Source: Pavona decussata (Eukaryota). From it: 64,000 nt of DNA. Both the position numbers and the translations under genes were made by a program. Shown one piece after another: positions 38,114 through 50,100 of the stretch. The stretch covers positions 930,001 to 994,000 of the forward strand of contig CDRNST010000318.1 in NCBI GenBank assembly GCA_977016875.1, read 5' to 3'. Within the stretch, counting starts at the first letter, position 1; the number at the start of each line of letters is the position of its first letter. A model generated the notes under the pieces. It searched no databases. It was not told the DNA's origin and was given only the letters and a program-made list of their open reading frames with translations.

Positions 38114-38226
38114 GCGACCAGCATGTTGGAGAAGAGTTTGGCTCAAGACGAGACATACACTGACGCTGTTTGTTTGTTGGCGGAAATCATGGGCAAGAAA
38201 CAGCAATACGATAAAGCTATTGCGCT
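38114..38226 (+). CDS. ANAPC7: ANAPC7 exon (ATSMLEKSLAQDETYTDAVCLLAEIMGKKQQYDKAIA), the complete copy
   Basis: ttgtcAG / GTAAGT boundaries; matches APC7 AKTLLDKALTQRPDYIKAVVKKAELLSREQKYEDGIAL; only copy with 3' half and donor. Confidence 0.9.
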
Positions 38227-38713
38227 GTAAGTGAACTGCAATAGATTGCTTTTCTTTCTACGCAAAAAGAAGAACAATTGTAGCACTAAAATGAATACAA
38301 GTGCAATCTTTATTACATGCTGTCTTTCTCTGTTAAATGAAGGAGAAGAAATCGTGCTATTGCGGTGCAATTCATTTGGGTCAAACTGCCTGATTGTCTA
38401 AAATTATCACAGAAAACCCTATGACCTGCTATCTGAAGTTTTCAAATCAGTTTTTACAGCTTTGAAATATTACGGAATTGTTTGATAATGATTTTTTTCC
38501 ACACAAACGCTGTATTTCCTGCTCTGCTTGCTCCATTTTCAAAACGGAGGTTATACAGTGAAAAGATCAACCCTGAGTAAAATGTCCATTGTGTTCTTTA
38601 TATTCCTGAGATGAAATACTCACACAATCAGTGGCTAAATTGAAGCCGTCTTGAGTGGATCCGAAGACAGTTCACTGCTCGTATGAATCCCACTGGCCGA
38701 TTTTATTTTGCAG

Positions 38714-38830
38714 TTTAAGGAAGCATATGAGATACGACCGCACGCCTCGGCTGCATCAGTTGCTAGGAGATTATTTAGCCTTGACAAGTGATTATCAAGA
38801 AGCGCTGGATCATTACACACAGGCGCTGAG
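38714..38830 (+). CDS. ANAPC7: ANAPC7 exon (LLRKHMRYDRTPRLHQLLGDYLALTSDYQEALDHYTQAL)
   Basis: ttttgcAG / GTAAGC boundaries; matches APC7 LHRILGDFLVAVNEYQEAMDQYSIAL. Confidence 0.92.
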
Positions 38831-39070
38831 GTAAGCGTTAGTAATTCACAGATTAAGGGGGTTAGTTTCTATAGAAACTGTGGTGTTACTTCGGTGGGGA
38901 GTAGAAACGAATGTTTGGTTTAATCAACAGAGTTGATCACTAAAAATAAGTTGGCCACCGTAAACAGAAGATTCGAGCGTTAGCCCTTTGCCAGTGTGAT
39001 TCGCTTTGTCGAAGGGTTTATGTTTGAATCTTTTTACGTAAACGCTCTCTTTGTTTTTTTCCTTGTGTAG

Positions 39071-39200
39071 TATGAATCCTGGGGACAGCAAAGCGATGGA
39101 GGGCATACAGAATGTTGAAAGAGCGAATGGAGGAGAGGTGGAACATGACAGTGGAGAGGAGGCTGAGGAACCAAACGGGGAAGGAGTTAGTTTAGAAGAG
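39071..39200 (+). CDS. ANAPC7: ANAPC7 exon (SMNPGDSKAMEGIQNVERANGGEVEHDSGEEAEEPNGEGVSLEE)
   Basis: tgtgtAG / GTattg boundaries; matches APC7 SLDPNDQKSLEGMQKME followed by an acidic tail. Confidence 0.88.
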
Positions 39201-40132
39201 GTATTGAAAAACAAATAGTTACGCTTCATGATTTCATCCACAGACTCAAAAGTTAGAAACATCTTGTACAGCTTAGCTAACAGCACTACAGCAATTGAAG
39301 GGACTATTGAGTATTCAATGTAGCTTTCATTTGAATGGCGACACGGACTTGTCACAAGGTTAGAACTACGTCAAGAAAACATGCTGTGAGTTGATCAGTA
39401 AACAGCTCCTTATGAAAGCACCATTCAACTGCTTTCATGTCAATGTTCACAAGCCAAAGCACTGCTCATGCAGTTGAACTCAAGATTTCGCCGACAGTTT
39501 CAAAGTTAGGAAAAAACACAGGAGCGTATTACAAGAAGTAATAAAGTCTGAAGGAGAAAACGGAGGGGGGGGGGGGGACCGACACAGCAGCAAAATGAGT
39601 GCGCATGCTCGTCACGCGTGAGCAATATTACTCGGCAAAATGGCGGCTTTTTTAAAATTCCCATTGCTTGTTCTCATTTCGCGTGGATAAGCCCAGATCA
39701 AAATAGCTAAGGTCGCCGCTTTCAGGAAAGGTTCCTTCGAACTTCCTCAATCACATATCTTATTCAACAAAAAAAAAATATTGTGGTAACAGGTGTGAAA
39801 TTGGTGATTGAAGTGGAGCATTCGTAATCGATTCACGCTTGAATCACAAATCCCGGAGCATGCGCACTCATTTTGCCGCTGTGTCGGGGGACCGGCTGTG
39901 AAACGCGCATGCGCCGTCATCACGTGAAACCTTAACCATGGTGAAACGTAAGAAAACATCTGGGAAAAGTCCAACTTTTTTTTTTCTTTTGAGACCTCAA
40001 AGCTGGTAATTCTTTTCGGAATCTGCGGGTTTACTAAATCTTTCTAAAAAAGTTTTTTAGAAGTGAAGTATATGGAGACTGGTCAGAGCTGTGTCGTAGT
40101 TTTCTATTTGAATGCTCGAAGCATGGTTAGCG

Positions 40133-40169
<37 letters not shown>

Positions 40170-40194
40170 GTCATGCTTTGAGCGACTGGGCCCT

Positions 40195-40436
40195 GGGGCC
40201 CGTTTCTCGAAAGACCCGGTAACTTACCGGGCCCGATAAGTATATTTTTAAATGTTTTTTTCGCCGATTACACAGTGATTACAGACATGGTACTTGGCCA
40301 ATGTTTTCACATAATTAAAAGCTTTTAAAATTTAGTATTCAAAGCTAACAAAAATTGATTTCTGTTAAGAAACATTTATCTCCAAAGACACTTATCGGGC
40401 CCGATAAGTTACCGGGACTTTCGAGAAACGGGCCCC
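40195..40436. mobile_element. MITE with GGGGCCCGTTTCTCGAAAG TIRs
   Basis: ~47-bp imperfect inverted termini; TSD unclear. Confidence 0.75.
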
Positions 40437-40684
40437 TCACGCTCAAAGTTAAAACCTTATATTTAACCGACGTTTCTCATTTGTTAAGTTTGATCGGGTC
40501 TAACGCGAAAGCAGCCCACGTTTAGCATAACCAAGACTCTTTTTGTTGCACTTCCCCCACAAATGGCTCTTGCCTTGTTGTATCATATGCCCTGAATTCT
40601 CGGAAATATCGCCGTGGATGGAAGAAGCTGCTCGCTTGAAGGAAATATCTTCGATTTTCTACATTTTTTTCTAATCTTTCTAAG

Positions 40685-40756
40685 GACGACATCGAAGACG
40701 AAGAAGCTTGGGAACCACAAGACATTCGTCAAGCGGTACAAGATATTCGTGGAGCG
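40685..40756 (+). CDS. ANAPC7: Probable ANAPC7 penultimate exon (DDIEDEEAWEPQDIRQAVQDIRGA); alternative donor after 40735
   Basis: ctttctaAG acceptor, phase 0; acidic Trp-containing tail like the APC7 C-terminus; two GTA donors 21 nt apart. Confidence 0.6.
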
Positions 40757-40848
40757 GTAAAAAGTTTCGCTCTTCATAGTTTGTTTTGTTTTATATATTA
40801 CTCCTTTCGAAGAAAAAAATTTTAATTCTGGCTTTCTATATTTTGCAG

Positions 40849-40857
40849 CTATTTTGA
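40849..40857 (+). CDS. ANAPC7: Probable terminal coding mini-exon of ANAPC7 (LF-stop)
   Basis: tattttgcAG acceptor then CTA TTT TGA, in phase with both upstream donors. Confidence 0.4.
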   Translation, partial: LF

Positions 40858-42164
40858 TCGTCCAAGAATTATTTCCGAAGGCAAGGGAGACGTAAAGCGG
40901 ACAAAGAACGAAGTAAGACCGACACAAACTTTCCGTGGCATTGAAATGAAGTGCTCAACTATTTCAGGGGATCCAAAGTTTGTGGAATCAGACTTGAATG
41001 AATTCTGTTTTTCGTTTTTGTTTTTGTTTTTTTCGTTGTTGTTGCTTTTTCAAAAACAACTGGTTTTTTTAGTGATATCGCGTCGAGTTTTCGCTCGACT
41101 TGTACATATTAGAAGCGAAAATATCTGTATTAATAACTAGTGTAGTATATGCTTTGAAATAAATGTTTCTTTGTAATTTTATTCTGAGTTTTCACGACTG
41201 GTTTTTCCGGTCTTTTTATTCGGAAGCCGGTTTATTCACTGCGTTTGTGCCAATTGCCGTTCAAAAATCAGTTGTCATATTTTAGGGGTAAAATTGCCAA
41301 CTGACGCTCTTCACAGCAGCAATACTACGAGGCATGAAACTTATATATGATAATTCAAACAACAATTTAAAACGCAACATAAAGCGGGCAACTTTTAAAA
41401 CGCAACATTTGTTGCGGTAACATATTGCAAGTTTTTGAAGACAGATTTAAAAAAAAAACTTTCAATTTAGTCCGCTACAAATTGCTTCGTTTAAAGTTGT
41501 TCAGGCGCTGTTTTACGATGGAACATCACCTTAAAGTTCAATTTTTTCTTGCTCGGATTTCTTCTCCTCGCAAGCTGTACCCACGGGTCGTCCACCCGAA
41601 TCACCCACGCGCGCAAGTAAATGCATGTCACAATGTTTTCCTAAATCACCATTGTTTGATAGAAGACTTGAAAGACAAAACCTGTGCTTTAAAGTCGTTA
41701 CAAAAGCTGATTTTTATTCTGCATTCATATTTATTAATTAGGCGTAGACGTATGCAATTAGAAACTGAACCGGTTTACACTTCAACGTGTAGAAGAAATT
41801 TAATAACCTTTGTTTCATCTTAGCAGGTGATTGTTGCGTCTGTTTTAAAATTCAAATTCGTATTCCCTATTTGGTTGTCTTGGTTTCGTCAAACAACCTG
41901 TATTAATATTTAATGAAGGAGCTCCCGATCGTCTTCAAACAAAAAGCTTCTCGTAGCTTCGTCCAAAAAAAATCGACTACAACTCCAGCATTCATCGCTT
42001 AATCGACAGGAAAACCATTCAAGCGTAAGCAGAAACCCAGCTCAGGTCTAAAAAGCGCACTAAGGTATGCAGAAAGCCATTTCAGTGCTAAAAACGCCAT
42101 TGAACTTCTTCTGATACAAATATTACTTGTTGATTTTTAAAATAGAATAATATTCGCAAGTAAC

Positions 42165-42524
42165 ATGGGGAAAGACATAGTTCTCGGAGAAGACTGGCTC
42201 ATCACTCTCTCTGTTATATACGGCTTGGGTGCAGTCCTGTCGGTCTGGGCCACTATCCTTTCGCCAATAATCCTTGACTACTGGGACACACCAGCCGGCC
42301 AGAAGAAGAAAACAGATCGCGACTGGTCGACAATTTTCCTCGTACTTCTGCTGCTTCAGCCGGTCACGTTTGCGGGATCTGCCGTTGGAATGTGGTGGAT
42401 CACAGCCTTCGCTGTTGTTCCTCCAGCGCACTTTGTTTTAACATTTATTTCCTTCCTTGCCATCGATTTCTTTCGTCCCGATGATGATGTTTTCAGCAAA
42501 TACAAATACTCCGTGCTTAGTTGA
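42165..42524 (+). CDS. Uncharacterised 119-aa membrane protein with about three hydrophobic segments
   Basis: Clean ATG-to-stop ORF with higher GC than its flanks; hydrophobic helices separated by a charged loop; candidate 5'UTR intron (GTATGC at 42065, AG near 42145). Confidence 0.7.
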   Translation: MGKDIVLGEDWLITLSVIYGLGAVLSVWATILSPIILDYWDTPAGQKKKTDRDWSTIFLVLLLLQPVTFAGSAVGMWWITAFAVVPPAHFVLTFISFLAIDFFRPDDDVFSKYKYSVLS

Positions 42525-45500
42525 ACGCCGAAACTTGACAGCCGTTGTTTTCGTGACGCATAATTATAATTCAGCATCAAGCATCATAATTATGTCTTGA
42601 CCGGGCCTCTTTAGAGAGTTCTTTCATAGCAGATACGATTTATAATTTGACGAAAGTTTCAGCAATCTTTCATCTGCCGTGCATGGTTTAGTAAAACTTC
42701 AAAGACAAACTTTTGTAATTGTAAGAACGTCCTTTAACTGGAAAAACAATGGCTTATACGCCATTTATCGCAATCTCGATTGTATAAATTCTGTTGTAAC
42801 TCTGTATGTTAGTAGCCTTAGTTAAGTAGAGGCCGGGATATTAGTATTTTGTCGATGCTTGATAAGGATGATCTGTTGCAGCTAAGTAGCTTTTGTAATT
42901 TTTCATAAAACAAAACGATTTTTAAGAGGAAGCGATCTTAATTAATTATTTATCTGGCCGACACATTCGACGTAGTGTGTTGATAACTACATACTCAGTG
43001 TCAACGGGAAGCCAATTTGGGAAAGTGAAGAGTAAAGACCTGTTGAGGAAGTGGCAACGTTGCACCTCACTCGCCCATTCTCGACCTCCGCTTTCCGACT
43101 TGCGCATTCACGCATTCAAAGGCTCTGCCGAGGATGCTTACTCGGGGCTTGGGGCTCGGGACTCGACCGCTTCTCGAGTAGGTTCATTCGCGTGAGCCAA
43201 TTTACACGTTACAATTTGTCCACCGATTTTTTTTCTGTTGGTGTAGCATGGGGTGAAAATCAGCTTGATTAAAAAAATCTGTAGCACTGACACAGATTTT
43301 TGTAAATTGGGTAGATCAAACTTGACACCAAACGCCGTACCATTTGGTAGACTGTCTCCAATGTTCGCGTCGGGTATTTGGATGGAATTGTCGACGACAA
43401 AGCAGTTTTCCTTTTCAAAAGGTCACAGAAAATTTGAGAAATTGTAGGGAACGAAGCCTCAATCACTCCCTGCCGAAGATCACAGCTGACTTTATTTATT
43501 GCCCTATAAACATCACAATGGTCTCTACGAAAATAAAAGGAATTAGTTTCCCCCTTTCTAGCTTTTCATCTCGACTTTATTTTTCACCATGGCTTTTGTA
43601 ATCGGTAAGCTTATTCACACACAACGGACTGAGATGTTTTGTTAGCGATCGATAACTTTTTGTTGTCGACAACTAAAAAGTTATCGATGACAATTTTCCT
43701 CGTCTGTGCAGGCCCTTAGTAATTTGGATCGTGAGTGCAGCAAACAAACATGAACAACATTTCAATGCTAAATCTCTCAGATCTGTTCTGTTCTTCCCAA
43801 AACCGGAGTAATCGGTCTTTAAGGATAGTGGATCTTCAAACATATATCACGATTTCAACATTCCGTAAGGAGATTTTTGTGCAGTTCAAAGAGAAAATAA
43901 TCTGTTCAAAATACTAATGCGATTTGGTGTGACCATAAGTTACTTTTAAGGCTAATTAACACGTACCGATTGTTTGGGCAGATTTGGCCCAATTTTACAA
44001 CGGAAGAAAATTGGCCCCATTTATACCAATCTCTGGCAATACTACAGTTGTTTAACCGGGCCGATTTTAACTCCGCGCTACTCTGCAGGACAAGAAATCG
44101 ACCGATAAATGGGTATACGGGCAAATTAGCCTTAACTTGCTTCCCTGATCGACTTTGCCGGTGGCGCTTGGCTCCGGTTGCATTTCCGTGATGAAAGATG
44201 AAATTTGCTGCCAAAGTGGTTTCCTTTGAAGTGTCCTGACTATACCCGAGCATAGATTAAATGCGTGATAGTCCTTCTGTTTCCGTGGACCACACACGGT
44301 AAGTGAAACCAGATACCACGTGATATCTACGTCACGTGAATGCGAACGTGAAATGTCTAAAAGGTTTCGAAAAAAGTGAACGTCATTACTTTAAAGTTTG
44401 GCGGCTTTCGATAACATTACCTTCCTCTTAATGAAAATTGGTTAGCCTTCAGATCATCACAGTGGTGGAATAGAGTGGATCGCCCACTACTACAACAGAT
44501 AAGGTTATTGGACATTCAATTTTCTCTTGATTTTGATGGGGGCTGTTAGCTTTTACGGTCAATAACTTGAAGCTATTTTTGTTCTACACCACATTCCGTT
44601 TGACCTCAGATTAATAGTTCTTTGATTAAGCGCGGGGTTGGCCGACGTCAGTATAATTCCTTCATCTTTCCGTCCTTTTCGGCTATAGCGCACGAATTGC
44701 GCCGCCAACAAGATAACGGTTTACTAAGACGATTATGAAACTCTTACCTTGTCATGCAATCGGATTTTCTTTGTTCTCTTCAAGAGACAAATAACCCTAA
44801 CTACTTCAATTCTAAGAGTGTCTAGGCTTGAAGAGAAACAAAACGGGCTTAATTTTCAATTAACATAACAACATAAAACTGTTCAATAGTTTTCATAATC
44901 GGCTTCACGCCAATAGCCTCGACGCAGTTTTGAAGCTTACAGCCGATATCAGCTAAAATCAACCCACTCGTATCTGCGTCAAAGATTTTCACCAGAAGTG
45001 AACTGACTTGGTTTCGTCATAAACAAAATATATATGTATTTTAGATTTGGCATGCCATTAAAAGCCTCAATCAGACACATGCAATATTTATTAAAAGCTA
45101 TAGCGCCCAGAATTCTCAGTTCAGACACGTACCCTTTTACGTTTGTGCCTTATTTGGCTTGCGATTTTTAAAACGATATTTACCAAATATTATTTAATAC
45201 TAAAGCATAACCGTTCTACAAAAAGCAAATGTCTCCTTTGGCTTAGAAAAATAAGACAGTAAGCATTACGTGAGGTCTACAGGTTTTTCGGATAACATCT
45301 GACGGCCACCGGGTTTAAATTTAATACCGGGTTTATTAAGATAAGCTGTCATTCAGTTCACGGATAACACATTATAATTGCGGTCATTCTAATACTTCTT
45401 TTGTTTACCAAAGGCTCATTAAGATAAGTCAATAAGTCTCGTAAAAGACTGGCGGGGTTAAAATAGTTTTTATAGCATCCCATTCAAGGGGAAGTTTTCT

Positions 45501-46435
45501 ATTTTGAAAGGTGGTTTTAGACTTTTTAATTAATAGACAAATATGAACCCACTTGCAACGATACGATTGGATAAGAGTGATCATTTCAAAAAAGATTGAT
45601 TACACTCTGAAGTCGTTTTAATCGTCCCCTGCTTACTTGGTAATTAACACGACAACCTCTGCGGAAATTACTTTTAAAGTATGTTGCTAAAAAAAAATCC
45701 TTGTAAAATCAAAGCTGTTTAGTTTTGTCCGTATTCTTTTATTATATGTATTTTTTAAAAATGACTTAAGTTCGTACAAACTCCCAAGGAGAGAAATTCG
45801 CGTAAAACCTAAAGGACTTTTTTTTGTCTAAATTTCGTGACTTGAACCTTTGAATACACTATTTTAAACCATGTGCTTTCTTGATATCTTCTCATCTGCG
45901 GTAATTCAAAACAAAGAACAGTTAATTTATAAATGAATTGAATGCTGATCAAATGCCAAAGAGCGAAGAGTGGCATGTTTTTAATAAGCTCACCTCTGAC
46001 GAATCAGCTTTTTGAATGAACAAAGGTATATATTGACATTGATAAGTCTTAATTTCATTTTTCTGGGAACACCTTCTCGTGTAAAAGGACAATTAGCTCT
46101 GCAGATTACATTTGCCAATCCGTCTTCGAAAAACACAGGATCTAAGTGAAGCAACTTGAAGGTAGGAAAGCACAATTTTCAAGTGAATCCGAAATTGAAC
46201 TCAACGGTGTTTTTTCTGTAAATGCGGTCTAGATTTTAGTTTTTTATGAGCAGCAAATGAACAAGAACATAACAACGTTTAAGTTTTAAACCGTTGATAT
46301 CTTTGAATATAAACTAACCCTTTCAAAGTAAACAAAAGCTAGTTTTGATGATCTCCCTTCTGAAAGAAAATTAAACGTTTTGAGGTTTCATAGACTGTTT
46401 TTCCACAACCCGTTTTCCTTCGCGTTTCTTCCGTC

Positions 46436-46565
46436 GACAAAGAAATGTTTGGCCTTTAAAGAAAGTGATTTCAAAAGACAAAGAAATGTTTGGCCTTTAT
46501 AGAAAGTGATTTCAAAAGACAAAGAAATGTTTGGCCTTAAACTTTAAGGAAAGTGATTTCAAAAG
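46436..46565. repeat. ~41-bp tandem repeat, about 3 copies
   Basis: GACAAAGAAATGTTTGGCCTTTAAAGAAAGTGATTTCAAAA repeated. Confidence 0.85.
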
Positions 46566-46845
46566 CAAGAAAATTAATTAAATATCTCGTACCGATCGGC
46601 CGGTCTTATCAAAACACCTTTCCCCGAGACAGTAACTCAAACTTTAGAGTATGGCTTGTAATAAACCTGATCGAGCCTCGTTGTTCTGAAGTCAACGGAC
46701 CCTCCAGGGTGTGGCAAAGTTCGAATTCTCTTGCACGTTGTCTAGTGGTTTTTGACGTGCACTAAGGAGGGAATATTTTCTATGAATTCCTCGAGTAATT
46801 GAATAGTCTTGGAGAGGGAATTGCCCGGTAAATATCCAATAGAAA

Positions 46846-46947
46846 ATATCCGCAGTTCATATATGAATTATTTCATATACTTTACATCGTTTCACTCCTC
46901 TCACGGGAAAATGGGAACCTACAATTGACCTTGCTCCCAATGTGTGG

Positions 46948-46981
<34 letters not shown>

Positions 46982-46984
46982 AAC

Positions 46985-47017
<33 letters not shown>

Positions 47018-47137
47018 TGAATTTTTTTCAGGCTTCCAATTTCCAATTGCATAAATTGGAAAATTCACTGCGATGATCACTTCTCACTTTCATCTATATC
47101 CGCAGTTCATATATGAATTATTTCATATACTTTACAT
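46846..47137 (+). mobile_element. tRNA-like repeat (core 46946-47018, GGT anticodon) bounded by 42-bp perfect direct repeats
   Basis: GGCTTCA/TGAAGCC acceptor stem, A and B boxes, T-run terminator; direct repeats at 46846-46887 and 47096-47137. Confidence 0.8.
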
Positions 47138-50100
47138 AGAGCTAATAACACAACCTCGTGTTCTCTAGATAGTTTAAACCTATTGTATTAATGTCTCAAG
47201 TAATCTAAAGTCTTCCACCTCAAGGTTTTATTTTCTTTTGACTTATTTACAAGATTAGGAGATCTAGAATTTACAACCGTGGTAACTGAAAAATACGTAG
47301 ATAGAATTCACAGTGAAGAATTTTTCGTTTAATATTGTGTTTATTTGGAAGGAATTTTCGTATTTTTCACACTAACTGAACAGCTTTGTGGTTTTGTACC
47401 CTCCTTGCCGACTTAGTGAATCCCACGCAATACAATTTCCTTCTAAACCGATAAAGTGTTCGTCACCCTGTGCTTTGCGTTGGTCATCGTAAACCACGCC
47501 GCTGTAATCTCACCCAAAAATAACATCATAAAAACAAAATTCGTAAACTTACACAGCATGATACTCATCTAGATTGCTGCCTGTCTTATGTATTTTGGGC
47601 GTCGGGTTTTCTGTTGTTTTTTATGTACTCGACCGCAGGATGAAACACGTTCTTAATTGTCACAACAATTCGCCAGGCTGCTGCATTATTAGCTTTATTA
47701 CCGGCAAAACTTTATCTGTTATTTATCATGTGAACGTCATTTTTCTTTCTATTCTGCTCGTCATTAATCATCCCAGCTCCGGCCATCTGGGCTAGCCACA
47801 AGATTTGCACAATTAGCGTCGTGAAGTTTCGTCTAAATGACGGCAATTTATTGAGAAAACTAACCACAGAATAAGACAAGATCCAAGTGCACATTTCTTG
47901 TGGCAACGATGTTTTCCGTCTTTCTTTTGTTTTTCTTTTCTTTCTTTTTAACTTCAAAATAAAATGAAACGTTGATTCTTTCGCTTCTCTAACCAATGCC
48001 CATTGCGTAACGTCTGAGCAATGTTAAACCTTTTGCTCCTACTTACCATTTTAATGTTTTTCATAAGTTGATTTCTGCAACACATTAAAATACCGAAGAA
48101 AGCCAGTTTGCCTTTGATAAAAAGTTTATTTCTATAGTTATAAAAGTTCAGAGAACTTGTTTTCTTCGTTTATATATATTGGGTATACCACTGCAGAACT
48201 AGAGCTTATTAATGATGTGACAAATGTTTGGACAGCAGATTTCTAAAGCGAAAAATATTATTGAATAGAGAGGAAATAGGAGTGGTCAACCATAACTTGT
48301 AGAGGAGGAAGTTAATATGTATGCTTTTAATGAGTAGTTCTCTCCAAGACCATTTTGCTGTCAAAAATTCATATAAATGAACTGAAACTTCCCTCGACCT
48401 CTGCCCTTTCCTTGTCCGGCAGGCATCAAAAAATGAATTAGTATTATAAATGATTATTTTGTTGCAATGTCTTCCATAAATGTTCCAGCTAAAGTCACCA
48501 TCGATCTTTTATTTTTCTTTTTTTACTCATAAATGAAACCATTTTGGGTGCATAAACAAACGACAATGCTTTCATATTTTATTGAAAAGATAGTATAAAT
48601 GTTGTAAATAGGCTCCGCCCACAGACAAGCACCAGCGACCCCAAACGGTCTATTTTTGGATATCTTTACGGATGGCCTTCATCGCTTCAGAAATTCGGAT
48701 TTAGTTTAAAGAAAATCTGCAGTTTTCAAAATGTCACCTCAAGATTTCGTAACATTGAAGAACTCATTCTATCGGTTTTGCAAGGGGCAAAGATGTCGCC
48801 CAAACTGCGAAGAAAAAAAAAGGTCAGCTAGGATTTTCGTGAAACCAACAACAGCTGGAAAATCTGATTCGGGGAATAAAATAGCTGTCCTAAAATTTTC
48901 TGCAAATTAAATTTGCAGCTAAAGCGTCCAAATAGATCAATCTCTTTATGCTCACACAAATAAATTTATAAAAGGTCATAAACAATCTGTGAACGCACGA
49001 GAGACAAAAGTTGAAGTATTTTGCTTAAATGTTCGCGTTTAGCGCCCATGAAGGTACGATTTTTATATTTTAAAAAAAGCGTTTTCAAACATTTTCTCGC
49101 AGAAAACTTTAGATTTTCTTTACAACCTAATCCGAATTTTCTAGAGGATTTACGTCTTCCTAACAGATACCGATCGAAATGAACCATTGGATGCCATGTT
49201 ATAAAAGATATCCACCCTTAATGACCGAGACGTATCCGGGCATGGTGTGCCTTTAGGCTAAGTTGTAGCTTTTTATTCCATTTCACTCTAACCATGTCGT
49301 TTAACAACTTTGGTGGCGTTACAGACACTTGCATCACCTCATAAAACTAAATTACCAGTTGCAACGACAAAAAAAAAGTCATCAAGTATCTAGTATCGGT
49401 TTACATCAGGATGTAACATTTTCAAGTGCGAAATAATCTCCTTTTAAAATTGTTTGTAATGTTTTGGTAGAGAGAAGGGGGCGTGTAAGTACATTGGCCG
49501 TTAATGCTGTCCAGAATCATTAAAGACAGTTTGTTTAGCTTTTGACATGCCTAAATCATACACGTTGACAAAAAATAAGCAATAAATAATAGGTAGCTGG
49601 TGAATAATTTGTTTATGGATAAAAAATGACGCTAGGAAAACCTCAGAAACTCCCCAAGAGTTGATGCATTCTAGAAACATTAAACAATGGTTTTTATATA
49701 CAGCTGTTTACAGATCTCCGATAGAAAAAAACGTAGATGACTGAGAAAGCCAACATTAATTGGAGCCGTTGTTTAATTTTTAGTGTCATGACAAAAAAAA
49801 TTTTTTAAAAAATTGAGTGAGAACTCCCAAGAGTTACTCTATGGAATAAACAAGAGATCAAAATTTTCCTACTTTATAAATTTTCTAGTTGGATGTTAAG
49901 TTCTTTAGAATAAAACAGAAAGATCTTTTCTTGAGAGTGACTGATTACAATCAAACCTTCCCACATATGTTTTTTTGTTTTGTTTTTGTTTTTTTAAATG
50001 CCTCCTTTCTAAAATTTTTACCCCATTTTTACAGGAACACACGACGAAAATAGAAGAAAAAAATATACAGAATGCTGTCTTTTGTTTTCCAAAATCGTTT

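Noticed and set aside
46946-47018. Functional tRNA-Thr(GGT) gene
   Set aside because: Atypical anticodon, imperfect anticodon stem, and embedded in a repeated unit; treated as a tRNA-derived repeat
47574-47795. 73-aa hydrophobic ORF
   Set aside because: Non-ATG start and lies within a probable degenerate TIR repeat; no splice or homology support
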